Assembly (NCBI GenBank): GCA_002269645.1
Contig: NIVC01001880.1
Coordinates: 1-64,000, forward strand
Reading direction: 5' to 3'
DNA: 64,000 nt
DNA from: Macrostomum lignano
Lineage: Eukaryota
Shown here: positions 11,773-24,296 of the stretch, piece by piece
Position numbering within the stretch: position 1 is the stretch's first letter
How the letters are laid out: every line of letters starts with the position of its first letter
Position numbers and translations under genes: made by a program
Notes under the pieces: generated by a model
Databases searched by the model: none
What the model saw: the letters and a program-made list of their open reading frames with translations, nothing else
What the model was told of the DNA's origin: nothing

Positions 11773-13425
11773 TGGAGGGTAGCGGCTGATCTACAGCCTA
11801 CAGGGAGGGTAGCGGTTGGTCTACAGCCTACAGGGAGGGTAGCGGCTGATATACAGCCTACAGGGAGGGTAGCGGCTGATCTACAGCCTACAGGGAAGGT
11901 AGCGGCTGATCTACAGCCTACAGGGAGGGTAGCGGTAGCAGCTGATCTACAGCCTACAGGGAAGGTAGCGGCTGATCTACAGCCTATAGGGAGGGTAGCA
12001 GCTGATCTACAGCCTACAGGGAAGGTAGCGGCTGATCTACAGCCTATAGGGAGGGTAGCGGCTGATCTACAGCCTACAGGGAAGGTAGCGGCTGATCTAC
12101 AGCCTACAGGGAGGGTAGCGGTAGCAGCTCATCTACAGCCTACAGGGAGGGTAGCGGCTGATCTACAGCCTATAGGGAGGGTAGCAGCTGATCTACAGCC
12201 TACAGGGAAGGTAGCGGCTGATCTACAGCCTATAGGGAGGGTAGCAGCTGATCTACAGCCTACAGGGAGGGTAGCGGCTGATCTACAGCCTACAGGGAAG
12301 GTAGTGGCTGATCTACAGCCTACAGGGAAGGTAGTGGCTGATCTACAGCCTACAGGGAGGGTAGCGGCTGATCTACAGCCTACAGGGAGGGTAGCGGTTG
12401 GTCTACAGCCTACAGGGAGGGTAGCGGTTGGTCTACAGCCTACAGGGAGGGTAGCGGCTGATCTACAGCCTACAGGGAAGGTAGTGGCTGATCTACAGCC
12501 TACAGGGAGGGTAGCGGCTGATCTACAGCCTACAGGGAGGGTAGCGGCTGATCTACAGCCTACAGGGAGGGTAGCGGTAGCAGCTGATCTACAGCCTACA
12601 GGGAAGGTAGCGGCTGATCTACAGCCTATAGGGAGGGTAGCGGCTGATCTACAGCCTACAGGGAAGGTAGCGGCTGATCTACAGCCTACAGGGAGGGTAG
12701 CGGTAGCAGCTGATCTACAGCCTACAGGGAAGGTAGCGGCTGATCTACAGCCTATAGGGAGGGTAGCAGCTGATCTACAGCCTACAGGGAAGGTAGCGGC
12801 TGATCTACAGCCTATAGGGAGGGTAGCAGCTGATCTACAGCCTACAGGAAAGGTAGCGGCTGATCTACAGCCTACAGGAAAGGTAGCGGCTGATCTACAG
12901 CCTACAGGGAGGGTAGCGGCTGATCTACAGCCTACAGGAAAGGTAGCGGCTGATCTACAGCCTACAGGGAGGGTAGCGGTTGGTCTACAGCCTACAGGGA
13001 GGGTAGCGGTTGGTCTACAGCCTACAGGGAGGGTAGCGGTTGGTCTACAGCCTACAGGGAGGGTAGCGGCTGATCTACAGCCTACAGGGAAGGTAGTGGC
13101 TGATCTACAGCCTACAGGGAGGGTAGCGGCTGATCTACAGCCTACAGGGAAGGTAGCGGCTGATCTACAGCCTACAGGGAAGGTAGTGGCTGATCTACAG
13201 CCTACAGGGAGGGTAGCGGCTGATCTACAGCCTACAGGGAAGGTAGTGGCTGATCTACAGCCTACAGGGAGGGTAGCGGCTGATCTACAGCCTACAGGGA
13301 GGGTTGCGGCTGATCTACAGCCTACAGGGAGGGTAGCGGCTGATCTACAGCCTACAGGGAGGGTAGCGGCTGATCTACAGCCTACAGGGAGGGTAGCGGT
13401 TGATCTACAGCCTACAGGGAGGGTA
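11773..13425. repeat. 30-bp minisatellite with occasional 36-bp variants (~54 copies)
   Basis: Unit AGGGTAGCGGCTGATCTACAGCCTACAGGG; produces the ADLQPTGRVA ORF. Confidence 0.95.
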
Positions 13426-14550
13426 AAGTCGTGCCTGAAGCGGCGGTTGCGGTTACTTAAAGGCTTAAAGGGATTTCTAGAACTGCCGAGGTCAGTGACC
13501 TGCCATTTCTCAAGTGTTTCTCCATTACAATGGCTGGTTGCGTACTTGTGTCATGACCTCTCGGCTGACCTCTTCATTATATAGCTTTCTTTGGCACTAA
13601 AAAGTGACCCTTTTCGTGGATATAATGCTTTGCTGGGACATGTTTATTACTCACTGGCACTGCTCAAACACCTCCAATATGCATACACATGTACTGACAG
13701 AGCCTGAGGCCCACTGCAGTGCCTGTCTGTGGCGGTGATTCACACGTTGCCTGCCACATCTAATTGTGAATGCGCTGTAGCTTCACTCCCGTGTGCAGTC
13801 TGTGAGACTGGCAACTCTGCTGTCTGAGAAAATGCGGCTGAAGACTGCAAAAGAGAATCTGGCGGCATAGACCGGCAATGAATAATAAATAAAAGGATAA
13901 AAGCGATGCCGAAAATTGATGAAAGCAGACAATATAAACAAACCAAATGAGTTAGTTCTCCAGAGAAGATTGATGAAGCGGTGCGAGACTGCCCCAGTGC
14001 TGTCCGACTCATTTACAGCTGTTCAATGCGGAGAGAAAAAGCAGAAAAAGACAAAAGCAGACTAGACTGCAAATGAAGCTCGCACTTGTGTTTCACACTT
14101 GCGCCAGACCTGCCGCAGCTTGTCCGCGCGAATCCCGACTGAATATTAAAAAAATTACTGATCTTTAAATAGAAAATAAATAGAAAAACCATCCCCTCCC
14201 ATTGCCTGTTCTTCTCCGCTGCCATCTCGCTTCCCGGATCCCGGGGGAGGAGTCGCTGATATCTCGCTTCAATATCCCGGGCATCGAAGACCTGCAAAGG
14301 GGAAGAAGGGGATGCGGCCTCGCATAAACTCCCAATTTGCTTCTCGCTCGACTTCCTGGCGCTACCCCCAGCCCCATTTCTGGGCTTGCTCATTTCCTTT
14401 TTAGAGCCATCACTAGTACTCTGACGACAGTAGGTCACTACAATTGAGACCCTGTGCCTATTAGAGTAGTCTGCATGTATGGTGTACTTTTGCCGGTTCT
14501 AAATGTACTTTCGGTCAGTTGATAGACAAAGCACAGTCCTCAATTGACAG

Positions 14551-14818
14551 CTATTATTTAAAGCCCCACCCAAAAACCTTGACACCCCGCCAGCCAACCA
14601 GACCTCCGACTGCTCCGCCGCCTTCTCTGTCGCCGAGGAGTTTCCGTGCATCGACGCCGTCAACGAGGATCAAAACGCCTGCGATGCTGCCGCTGCTGCC
14701 ACCGACGATGAGCTGGGAGTCCCGCCGGCTGATGGCGTGGACTTGTCCAACTTGTCGGCCGGGGATCTGCAGGCCAACTCCACGGCTGGGTCGGGCGCTG
14801 AGCTCATCGGTGGCAAGG
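14551..14818 (+). CDS. Probable internal exon of an unknown acidic protein
   Basis: Open frame LLFKAPPKNLDTPPANQTSDCSAAFSVAEEFPCIDAVNEDQNACDAAAAATDDELGV...ELIGGK between TGACAG (acceptor, 14550) and GTGAGC (donor, 14819). This frame has no ATG, so it is missing from the ORF track. Confidence 0.5.
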
Positions 14819-14834
14819 GTGAGCCTTTTGACGC

Positions 14835-15895
14835 TGTCCGTGTCAGTGTGTTCATGTCATAATGTCCGTGTCAGAGTGTTCATGTCATAATATCCGTGTC
14901 AGTGTGTTCATGTCATAATGTCTGTGTCAGTGTGTTCATGTCATAATGTCAGTGTCAGTGTGTTCATGTCATAATGTCTGTGTCAGTGTGTTCATGTCAT
15001 AATGTCCGTGTCAGTGTGTTCATGTCATAATGTCCGTGTCAGTGTGTTCATGTCATAATGTCTGTGTCAGTGTGTTCATGTCATAATGTCCGTGTCAGTG
15101 TGTTCATGTCATAATGTCTGTGTCAGTGTGTTCATGTCATAATGTCTGTGTCAGTGTGTTCATGTCATAATGTCCGTGTCAGTGTGTTCATGTCATAATG
15201 TCCGTGTCAGTGTGTTCATGTCATAATGTCAGTGTCAGTGTGTTCATGTCATAATGTCTGTGTCAGTGTGTTCATGTCATAATGTCCGTGTGTGAATTGG
15301 CTGTCTTATACCGATTTGAACTGTACTGCTTTTTGTGTTTGGCTGCTCAATTTTAGCTTACCATTTTAGACCCTCCCCCTCCACTGAACTGATCGATTTC
15401 TATTTATACGTACAGTACTTCTTCGCAATGTACATCGTTTGTCCTAACTACATGTACTCAGTTCTATAATACAATATAAAGGACCAACGCGTCAGTTTAG
15501 AAACGCTGTCTACAACTTGCGGCTCAAGCCAATTCAATCGCTTCGTCTCAATCTCAATTCTCAATTCATGTCATAATGTCCGTGTCAGTGTGTTCATGTC
15601 ATAATGTCCGTGTCAGTGTGTTCATGTCATAATGTCCGTGTCAGTGTGTTCATGTCATAATGTCCGTGTCAGTGTGTTCATGTCATAATGTCCGTGCCAG
15701 TGTGTTCATGTCATAATGTCCGTGCTAGTGTGTTCATGTCTTAATGTCCGTGCTAGTGTGTTCATGTCATAATGTCCATGCTAGTGTTTTCATGTCATAA
15801 TGTCCATGCTAGTGTGTTCATGTCATAATTTCCATGCTGAGTGTGTCCGTGTCAGTGTGTTCATGTCTTAATGTCCGTGCTAGTGTGTCCGTGTC
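14835..15895. repeat. 28-bp minisatellite, interrupted by a unique ~275-bp insert at ~15291-15565
   Basis: Unit GTGTCAGTGTGTTCATGTCATAATGTCC (15001/15029); resumes at ~15566 and drifts to GTGCTAGT variants. Confidence 0.95.
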
Positions 15896-16582
15896 TTTGA
15901 CCTCAGCCTTGCACTATGCGGCTCTATTGTCGAACTCCCTAATCCTTTAACCTTTAACGGACCTAAGAGCATCCAGTAAAAAAATTGATTATTTCGCAGC
16001 AGAACTGCTCACCTTAACTGCAGGAAGCAGGGAGTTGCTGTGTGTGAGATCAAATTAAGGTATTAACAAATGAACAAACTAAACCTGATTATAGTTTAAA
16101 TTGCTGCATTTGTTTCCTATTTTGATATGTTGTTACTCATAGTAGTAGACTTTGTTTTCTAACGGAATTATTTATATTAATCTGTCAAAAGAAGAGTAAC
16201 TGGGAATCACTAAAATGGCTGAACAGTTTCCAAGCCCCGCATCTGCCTGTAGCAGAAAAGACAATGGGACTGTTTTGATTGAAGCAGAAACGGCTTGCAA
16301 AAGTCTACCTTCACTGTGTGATCTAATAATAGACCAGCTATTTTTCGGCACCGAACTCTCAAATATTTGTCACGTGGTGCGCCGCTCGGATTGCTCTGCG
16401 CGCGACCTTGGCAGAGCGGGTCAAAAAATTAGACTGCATCCTGAGAATTCCGAATTCAGACTTTTGATTAAATCCTGTGAGATCTTGCTAACGACTCAGT
16501 TGCTTCCGTGAATGCCTTAGTGATGCTTTTGAAGACAGGAAACTGCAGAGCGGCTGCTTTGAGCTGGGATTGAATGAATGAA

Positions 16583-17205
16583 GGCTGAGATGGGATATAA
16601 TTCAGGCTGAGATGAGATAGGATTCAGGCTGAGATGGATATAATTCAGGCTGAGATGGATAGGATTCAGGCTGAGATGGATATCATTCAGGCTGAGATGG
16701 GATAGGATTCAGGCTGAGATGGGATATCATTCAGGCTGAGATGGATATAATTCAGGCTGAGATGGATAGGATTCAGGCTGAGATGGATATAATTCAGGCT
16801 GAGATGGATAGGATTCAGGCTGAGATGGATATCATTCAGGCTGAGATAGGATAGGATTCAGGCTGAGATGGGATAGGATTCAGGCTGAGATGGGATAGGA
16901 TTCAGGCTGAGATGGGATAGGATTCAGGCTGAGATGGGATAGGATTCAGGCTGAGATGAGATATAATTCAGGCTGAGATGCGATAAGATTCAGGCTGAGA
17001 TGGATATCATTCAGGCTGAGATGGGATAGGATTAAGGCTAAGATGGAATGAGATTCAGGCTGAGATGGATAGGATTCAGGCTGAGATTTATAAGATTCAG
17101 GCTGGTGGCTGGGATAGATAAGATTCAGGCTGGTGGCTGGGATAGATAAGATTCAGGCTGCGATAGATAAGATTCAGGCTAGGATGGGTGAGATTCAGGC
17201 TGAGA
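16583..17205. repeat. 21-22-bp minisatellite running directly into a coding exon
   Basis: Unit ~GGATAGGATTCAGGCTGAGATG. Confidence 0.9.
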
Positions 17206-17585
17206 TTCCAATCAACCCAAGCCTCGGTGGTCAGCTATCACCTGCCGGGAATCCCAAGCTATTGAAGGTCCGCCACCCGGCTCCCCCTACAGGCTCGTCA
17301 GCCAGCCGTCGCAGCCCGCTGGCCCGCCTGCGCGACTCCCTGCGCGGCCTCCGCGGCCCGGGCGGCAGTGGCGGCTCGCCCTCGTCGGCGGGGGCCTCCC
17401 CCGTGTCTGGCGGTGGCGGCGGCGGCTCCCAGCAGCCCCGGATGCTGCTGTGGCGCAAGCAGCGCGCCAAGTACCGCCACATGCCGGGGGGCGCGGCGGC
17501 ACCGGCGGAGGAGGAGGCGCCGGCTGAGGCCGCGGTTGAAGCCGTCGGCGCTGAGGTGCCCGATGCTTCTGCTGGCGAGGACTGA
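17198..17585 (+). CDS. Probable terminal exon of an unknown protein (Gly/Ser-rich, basic patch LLWRKQRAKYRH, acidic tail)
   Basis: GC-rich 3' part of ORF 17133-17585, followed by AT-rich 3'UTR-like sequence. The 5' boundary is uncertain (several ATTCAG acceptor-like sites in the repeat). May belong to the same gene as 14551-14818. Confidence 0.5.
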
Positions 17586-18188
17586 GACTGAGAGTGAGAT
17601 TTTAATGTTTCTAATTAGTGTGGCAATTTTGTATTTGTAAACCACTGCTGGTTCTGTTTTAATATGCAATGCTGCTTGGTTGCTATGCGGTTGCTAGGGT
17701 TAGCTAAATGCTGTTATAGCAACATTTGATAATTTAAAATAGCATTTTTTATTTACTCTTTTGCAGTTTATTTTTTAGTCATTTTTTTCTCCGCATTTCC
17801 CCTATTTAAATTGGTGCGCTCTTCCCGGCTCGGCTGCTTGCTGCATTGGTGCTCGTGTTTCTGAGTTTTATAACTCAGTTCTGACTCGCTCTCCTACCGC
17901 TGTTCAGACTTTTTCTCATTCGTCTAAATACAACAAAGTATATTTGTATATGCATGCACTGTATGGACACTTATCTATTCGACAACCTGCATCATTCACG
18001 TGAGCGGCGGCAATAAATCTCCTCTCAGCTGTCAAATATCCGCTGTCTTTGATTGAGGCGACTTGACCTCCGATTTCTGATGCAGCCGAGATTAATAAGG
18101 CCGGGTTCTGGTTCGGGACTGGCTATGAGCTGCCGTGTTTGCCCGGCACTCCGCTTGGGGCCTGCGACCCCCTGATATACATGTAGTT

Positions 18189-18197
18189 TGATAGATG

Positions 18198-18231
<34 letters not shown>

Positions 18232-18232
18232 C

Positions 18233-18276
<44 letters not shown>

Positions 18277-18297
18277 CGATAGATAGATAGATAGATC

Positions 18298-18364
<67 letters not shown>

Positions 18365-18596
18365 GGATAGATAGATGGATAGATAGACATAGATAGATAG
18401 ATCGATAGATAGATAAATAGATAGATAGATAGATAGATAGATCGATAGATAGATAGACAGATGGATAGAGATCGATAGATAGATAGACAGATGGATAGAT
18501 AGATCGATAGATAGATAGACAGATAGATAGACAGATAGGTAGACAGATAGGTAGACAAATAGGTAGACAGATAGGTAGATAGATGGACAGACAGAC
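18189..18596. repeat. (GATA)n microsatellite with GACA/GATC/GGTA variants
   Basis: Direct reading. Confidence 0.97.
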
Positions 18597-19694
18597 AGGT
18601 GGGCAGCACGGGCCTGCAACATGATTGGGCAGGCAGTCGGGCTGTAAAATCGGATGCGCCCTACAGAATGCACGCCAGCCGTGCGCACAGCAGTTGGCGG
18701 CATCCCCAGCTGCTCATTCCGGCTGCATCTCCCGATTTGGAAACCGGCAAAAATCGGCCGGATTTGCCACACGCGGCTGGAAAAGTGCACGGGGCCGCTG
18801 CCTGCCCCAATCTGGACTGACAGGCCGAGCCCGCCTGCCCTCTGTAGAAATCGCCTTTCCACAAGAGCTGCAGGGAAGTGCGCCGCGGCCCTCAGCCGCA
18901 GAGAAAGAAGGGATTTCAAAACCGAGCGATCCCCATTCCCTCTTGTCCTGTTTGACTGCTCAGCGAGAGTTAAAAATTCGGCCAGTTGCTAATGGACCGT
19001 TCGATCAACTGAGAGGCTCGAAGCATCCCGAGGCGAGGGTGGGGATCGAAGGCTCGGGCGGCCCTAGAAACTGAAAAATTCATAATCGCGTTATCACTGG
19101 GACTTCGGCTCCGCCTTTGAGACTCCGGCCGGCTAGGGGGGGGGGAACTCTCGTGAGCCACGCAGCGCTTCTCACAGCAGCCGCAGCCGCTCTCATTTTT
19201 AATTCCATTCGTCACGGCTGCGATCGCCACGTGCCGAGCTGCCGCGGCTCGTCATCACTTCGGCAGCTGCACGGCTGAGCAGGTCGGAGCGGCGGCCATC
19301 TGCTGCCGGGCGGTGCCAAGCCAAGCGGCACTGATGAAGCCTCAAGGGGCTCGTGGGGCTGGGCTGGCGGAGCGAATCCGGGCTTGAGAAGCCCCTTTAG
19401 GCTCAACAAGGCGTTAACAATGGGTATTAGAGAGCCTCACTCTGGCTGCTGCAGTTGCATGCACTTTTCAATGCGACTTCTGGGTGCGACCCACGTCCAA
19501 GCGCAAAGAGGCGACAGGTGAAATATGGAGGCGTTTCTCTCCGGTGTGAGTCAGTTTCTTTTATGGCTCCTAGCGGTGTTGCCTCTGAGGAGAAATGATT
19601 GAATCAGCACTTTAGACTGCCGCAGATAACACAGGAGCTGAGCGGCTCTCGATTTCCGTACCTATAGTGCTTTGACGTCATGGGTGATAAGTGC

Positions 19695-20044
19695 TGACCT
19701 GTGTGACAGATCACCTGATGTTGTCTGCTACCTGTGTGACAGATCACCTGATGCTGTCTGCTACCTGTGTGACAGATCACCTGATGCTGTCTGCTACCTG
19801 TGTGACAGATCACCTGATGCTGTCTGCTACCTGTGTGACAGATTACCTGATGCTGTCTGCTACCTGTGGGACTGATCACCTGTTGCTGTCTGCTACCTGT
19901 GTGACAGATCACCTGTTGCTGTCTGCTACCTGTGTGACAGATCACCTGTTGCTGTCTGCTAACTGTGTGACAGATCACCTGTTGCTGTCTGCTACCTGTG
20001 TGACAGATCACCTGTTGCTGTCTGCTACCTGTGTGACAGATCAC
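19695..20044. repeat. 33-bp minisatellite (~10.5 copies)
   Basis: Unit CTACCTGTGTGACAGATCACCTG(A/T)TGCTGTCTG. Confidence 0.95.
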
Positions 20045-20297
20045 AGAAATAATTTTTCAAAGCAGATTTTTTATTATTCCACGGTAGAAGCAAAACCTAA
20101 ACAGACTCGTTGCATTGAATATTTATTAAGTGAAGCCCTGACACAGCGGGTGATGATGCGGCTGGGCGCGAAAACCTATTGCACGATATGAGACAGTCAC
20201 TGATTTGCTAATCGTGAAAAAATTTCTTTATCTGGAATTATCTACAATACCGGTGCGCGAAAGCTCAAATCCATCAGCTGATTTGATCGGCTTCGAG

Positions 20298-20492
20298 AAT
20301 CAATCAATCAGTCAATCAATCAATCAATAGATCAATCAATCAATAGCTCAATCAATTAATCAATCAATCAATAACTCAATCAATCAATCAATCAATAGCT
20401 CAATCAATTAATCATAACTCAATCAATTAATCAATCAATCAATCCATCAATCAATCAATCAATAAATCAATAGCTCAATCAATCTATCTATC
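20298..20492. repeat. Degenerate (CAAT)n microsatellite
   Basis: Direct reading. Confidence 0.9.
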
Positions 20493-20555
20493 AGTCGATA
20501 TGGTTGGGGGAGCACAGCCCTATTTGGGGGGTTGGGGGTGGCATCGGGCCGCCGC

Positions 20556-23500
20556 CTACACATAGGCCGCCATGGATCTCCGCAGCAGTCCGTGGCAGGG
20601 AGCCAACAGGCCGAACGCCTCCCTGGGCAGGAAGGCCGTCCGCACCCGCCCGTCCGGCGCAGCCGCGGCCGCCACCACAGAGGCCGTGCGCCGCCGACCC
20701 TCCAGCAGCGCGGCCTCGCCGAAGTAGCCGCCGCGGGGCACCCGGGCCACCTCGCGGCCGGACCGGGTCACCACCGCCTCGCCCTCCAACACGAAGTACA
20801 TGCCGTCCGCCTCGTCGCCTTCCTCTATGATCACCTGGGGTGGTGGAGTCGGATCCACTGCGTCTGACTGAAGCTCAACTGAAGTCAGCACCTCGAAAAT
20901 AATGGACGTACTGCCCTACAGAACCCTCACTCCACTGACCCCTCACCCCACAGACCCCTCATCCACAGACCCCTCACTCCACAGACCCCTCACTCCACAG
21001 ACCCCCTACCCCACAGACCCCTCACCCCACAGACCCGTCACCCCACAGACCCCTCACTCCACTAACCCCTCACTCCACAGACCCCTCACCCCACAGACCC
21101 CTCACCCCACAGACCTGTCACCCCACAGACCCCTCACTCCACAGACCCCTCACCCCACAGACCCCTCACCTGCTGGTGGCCGAAGCTCCGCGGTCGCAGC
21201 GCCTCAGCAGCCAGCCGAAGCTCCTCGTCCATCAGGCCGGCCAGAGACGGCGCGCCCTCCAGTAGTTCGGCGAATTCGCGCCTCCGCCGCTGCTCGGCCG
21301 GCAGGACGATGGCGCGGAAAGCGCGCCTGTCCATGGCCCAGAGGGCGCCTGGCGAGATCGCCTTGACGGTGGCGGACCGGGGCTGGTTGTGCAGCAGGGC
21401 GAGCTCGCCGAAGCTGCCGCTGTCCCTAAACTGGTGCACAATTCGAACCTCGCCGTCAGCCTGGGTGGCTTCGATGATCACCTGGTAGCAGCCGCTGCGG
21501 ATCACGTAGAAATTGTCGCCGTCTTCGCCCTGACGGATGACCATCTCGTCTGAAGGGTTTCGGGGAGGAGAGGGAGTTTTATGTGCAGTTTGTGTTGGTT
21601 TCATGTGCAGTTTGTGTTGGATTCATGTGCAGTTTGTGTTGGTTTCATGTGCTGTTTGTGTTGGTTTCATGTCCTGTTTGTGTTGCTTTCATGTGCTGTT
21701 TGTGTTGGATTCATGTGTAGTTTGTGTTGGTTTCATGTTCAGTTTGTGTTGGATTCATGTGCAGTTTGTGTTGGTTTCATGTGCTGTTTGTGTTGGTTTC
21801 ATGTGCTGTTTGTGTTGGTTTCATGTGCAGTTTGTGTTGCTTTCATGTGCAGTTTGTGTTGGTTTCATGTGTAGTTTGTGTTGGTTTCATGTGCTGTTTG
21901 TGTTGGATTCATGTGCAGTTTGTGTTGGTTTCATGTGCTGTTTGTGTTGGTTTCATGTGCTGTTTGTGTTGCTTTCATGTGCTGTTTGTGTTGGTTTCAT
22001 GTGCTGTTTGTGTTGGTTTCATGTGCTGTTTGTGTTGGTTTCATGTCCAGTTTGTGTTGGTTTCATGGGCTGTTTGTGTTGGTTTCATGTGCTGTTTGTG
22101 TTGGTTTCATGTGCTGTTTGTGTTGGTTTCATGTGCTGTTTGTGTTGGTTTCATGTGCTGTTTGTGTTGGATTCATGTGCAGTTTGTTGGTTTCATGTGC
22201 AGTTTGTGTTGGTTTCATGTGCAGTTTGTTGGTTTCATGTGCAGTTTTTTGGTTTCATGCACTGGCTGTTTGAGTTGGTTTCATGTGCTGTTTGTGTTGG
22301 TTTCATGTCCAGTTTGTGTTGGTTTCATGTGCTGTTTGTGTTGGTTTCATGTCCAGTTTGTGTTGGTTTCATGTGCTGTTTGAGTTGGTTTCATGTCCTG
22401 TTTGAGTTGGTTTCATGTGCTGTTTGTGTTGGTTTCATGTCCAGTTTGTGTTGGTTTCATGTGCTGTTTGAGTTGGTTTCATGTCCTGTTTGTGTTGGTT
22501 TCATGTGCAATTTGTTAACTTCATGTGCAGTTTATTTTGGTTTCATGTGCAGTTAATGCGGGCATGTAAAAACCACACAGATCTCCGATCATGGATAATT
22601 GGAATCTTCACCAAACCGCGCCCAAATCGGCTGCAAGTTTGCTGAGATTCGGTGGTTGAGCTGGTCGAGCTGATCAATTTATGAGCAGCAATTACCCCCC
22701 CCCCCCCGCCCCATTCCTAGTAGGGATTATTGAAAGAGCCGAGCCCGGAGCTCTGGCTGCGTGTTGGATTTTCGAATCCAAGTTTTTTTCCTGAAGAAGA
22801 GCGAGATTGTCGCCGCCCTCTTTTCCAAAGCGGATTCGAACTACTAATCCCCTGGTCGCCTGGTGACCCCGCCTGCCCGCTGGCCGCCTGCCCGCATCGA
22901 TTTCCGAGATTTCTGAGGCCAGAGATTTGGGATTTCACTGTCTTCTGGGGATCCTCGAGCTGCCGCAGCGCAATTATTTCGCCTGTTTAGGGGGGGGGGG
23001 GAGCGGGGGGTCGCGGATTCAAAGTGGCCACCTCGTTTCTTTCTCAAAACCGAGCAGATCGATTCCCAGTTCGTCGCCTTGCCTCACTTTTACTAGCCAG
23101 CCAGTAGTGCTCTCCGGTTCTTCTCACTGCTGGGGGCTGCCCCTCCGTCTGCTGTCACTCCAACCCTGTCACTCCATACTGTCACTTTAACTCTGTGACT
23201 CCTCCACTGTCACTCCTCCACTGTCACTCCTCCCCTGTCACTCCTCCCCTGTCACTCCTCCCCTGTCACTCCTCCCCTGTCACTCCTCCCCTGTCACTCC
23301 TCCCCTGTCACTCCTCCCCTGTCACTCCTCCCCGGTCACTCCTCCCCTGTCACTCCTCCCCTGTCACTCCTCCCCTGTCACTCCTCCCCGGTCACTCCTC
23401 CCCTGTCACTCCTCCCCTGTCACTCCTCCCCTGTCACTCCTCCCCTGTCACTCCTCCCCTGTCACTCCTCTGTCAGTCTAACCCTGTCCCTCTAACCCTG

Positions 23501-23735
23501 TCCCTCTAACCCTGTCCCTCTAACCCTGTCCCTCTAACCCTGTCACTCTAAAACTGTCACTCTACCCCAATCTCACTCGGCTGCACGCGCCTCTCGAACA
23601 TGGCGTCCACCACTCGTCGCAGATCCTCCTCGTCCAGGTCCTGCAGGAAGGCGACCTGCTTCAGGCTGTCCCGCAGCTGCTCGCGTTCCTCCTTGGCCTT
23701 CGGGTGGTACGGCTGCGGGAGGCGGGCGGTGGCTT
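20556..23735 (-). CDS. cAMP-dependent protein kinase regulatory subunit, type II-like; exons ~23735-23577, 21549-21170, 20834-20556
   Basis: YHPKAKEEREQLRDSLKQVAFLQDLDEEDLRRVVDAMFER matches the RII pattern IHPKTDEQRCRL...VLDAMFER. Two cNMP domains with phosphate-binding cassettes FGELALLHNQPRSATV and FGEAALLEGRRRTASV; end LLAPCHGLLRRSMAAY resembles LLGPCMDIMKRNISHY. GT-AG junctions at 23576/21550 (phase 1) and 21169/20835 (phase 0) join in frame. 5' acceptor uncertain. Confidence 0.9.
20915..21169. repeat. 16-bp minisatellite starting at the PKA-R donor site
   Basis: Plus-strand unit CAGACCCCTCACCCCA; minus-strand TGGGGTGAGGGGTCTG contains the donor GTGAGG. Confidence 0.93.
21575..22555. repeat. 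22-bp intronic minisatellite next to the PKA-R acceptor
   Basis: Unit TGTGTTGGTTTCATGTGC(A/T)GTT. Confidence 0.95.
23195..23565. repeat. Two abutting 14-bp minisatellites next to a PKA-R donor
   Basis: CACTCCTCCCCTGT units, then CTCTAACCCTGTCC units. Confidence 0.92.
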
Positions 23736-24296
23736 CTTTTTTTGGGGTTCCCAAGTGTTTGAATTTGAAATTCTTCCTTTCAGAAAGTTCCCAACTCCTA
23801 TCAAAATCCCATGCGAAATATTTCCATGAAAAGTGCGTGTGTAAAGATGCTGTACTTTTGCGGCCTTCCAGTTTCCGATCAATGGCAATCGTATACTCAG
23901 AGCAACACCCTCTAACTCTGTCTAGAAGTTTTAATTTCCACCATAATTAAAAGCTCAGGTGCTCCGCCATTCATCACCCTTGGTCCAACTGTGGCCGCGT
24001 CTGAGGGCTCACACAGATTTATTACCGTACCTGCAGCTAACCCCAACCAGCTTCTGCTTAACTTTCAGTGCTAGCGAATCGAATCCCCAGTTATATTTCT
24101 ATATTATTTTTGATGTTGCAGCCGATTACTGCTGCTGACAGGGAAACAATATCTTGCAGCAGAACCGGAACTGCTTGAAGGCTGGTCGGAAACAGAAAAA
24201 TGGGGGGGGGCAGGCGGGATGGAAGACAGGAGAGTCTGGGACTGACTGATGATGGAGAGTGTAGCCAGAGAGGCCGCACAGGAGGGAGTTGGGGAA

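Noticed and set aside
11767-13584. ~600-codon open frame of ADLQPTGRVA repeats as a real repetitive (adhesive-like) protein; length variants are in frame (+6 bp)
   Set aside because: A 30-bp unit easily leaves one frame open by chance. There is no ATG, signal peptide or usable acceptor, substitutions are not biased to silent sites, and the +6 variant is a simple duplication of GTAGC(G/A). Transcript or proteomic evidence would reopen it.
13740-14012. Minus-strand ORF with a hydrophobic stretch (LVCLYCLLSSIFGIAFILLFII)
   Set aside because: AT-rich and non-canonical start, with no supported splice partners or homology; may be chance, but cannot be excluded.
22790-22900. tRNA or tRNA-derived SINE (B-box-like GTTCGAATCC on the minus strand)
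   Set aside because: No A box at the expected distance and no cloverleaf.
23480-23545. TAACCC telomere-like hexamers (also at ~9850)
   Set aside because: Isolated hexamers embedded in an unrelated 14-bp unit; not a telomeric tract.
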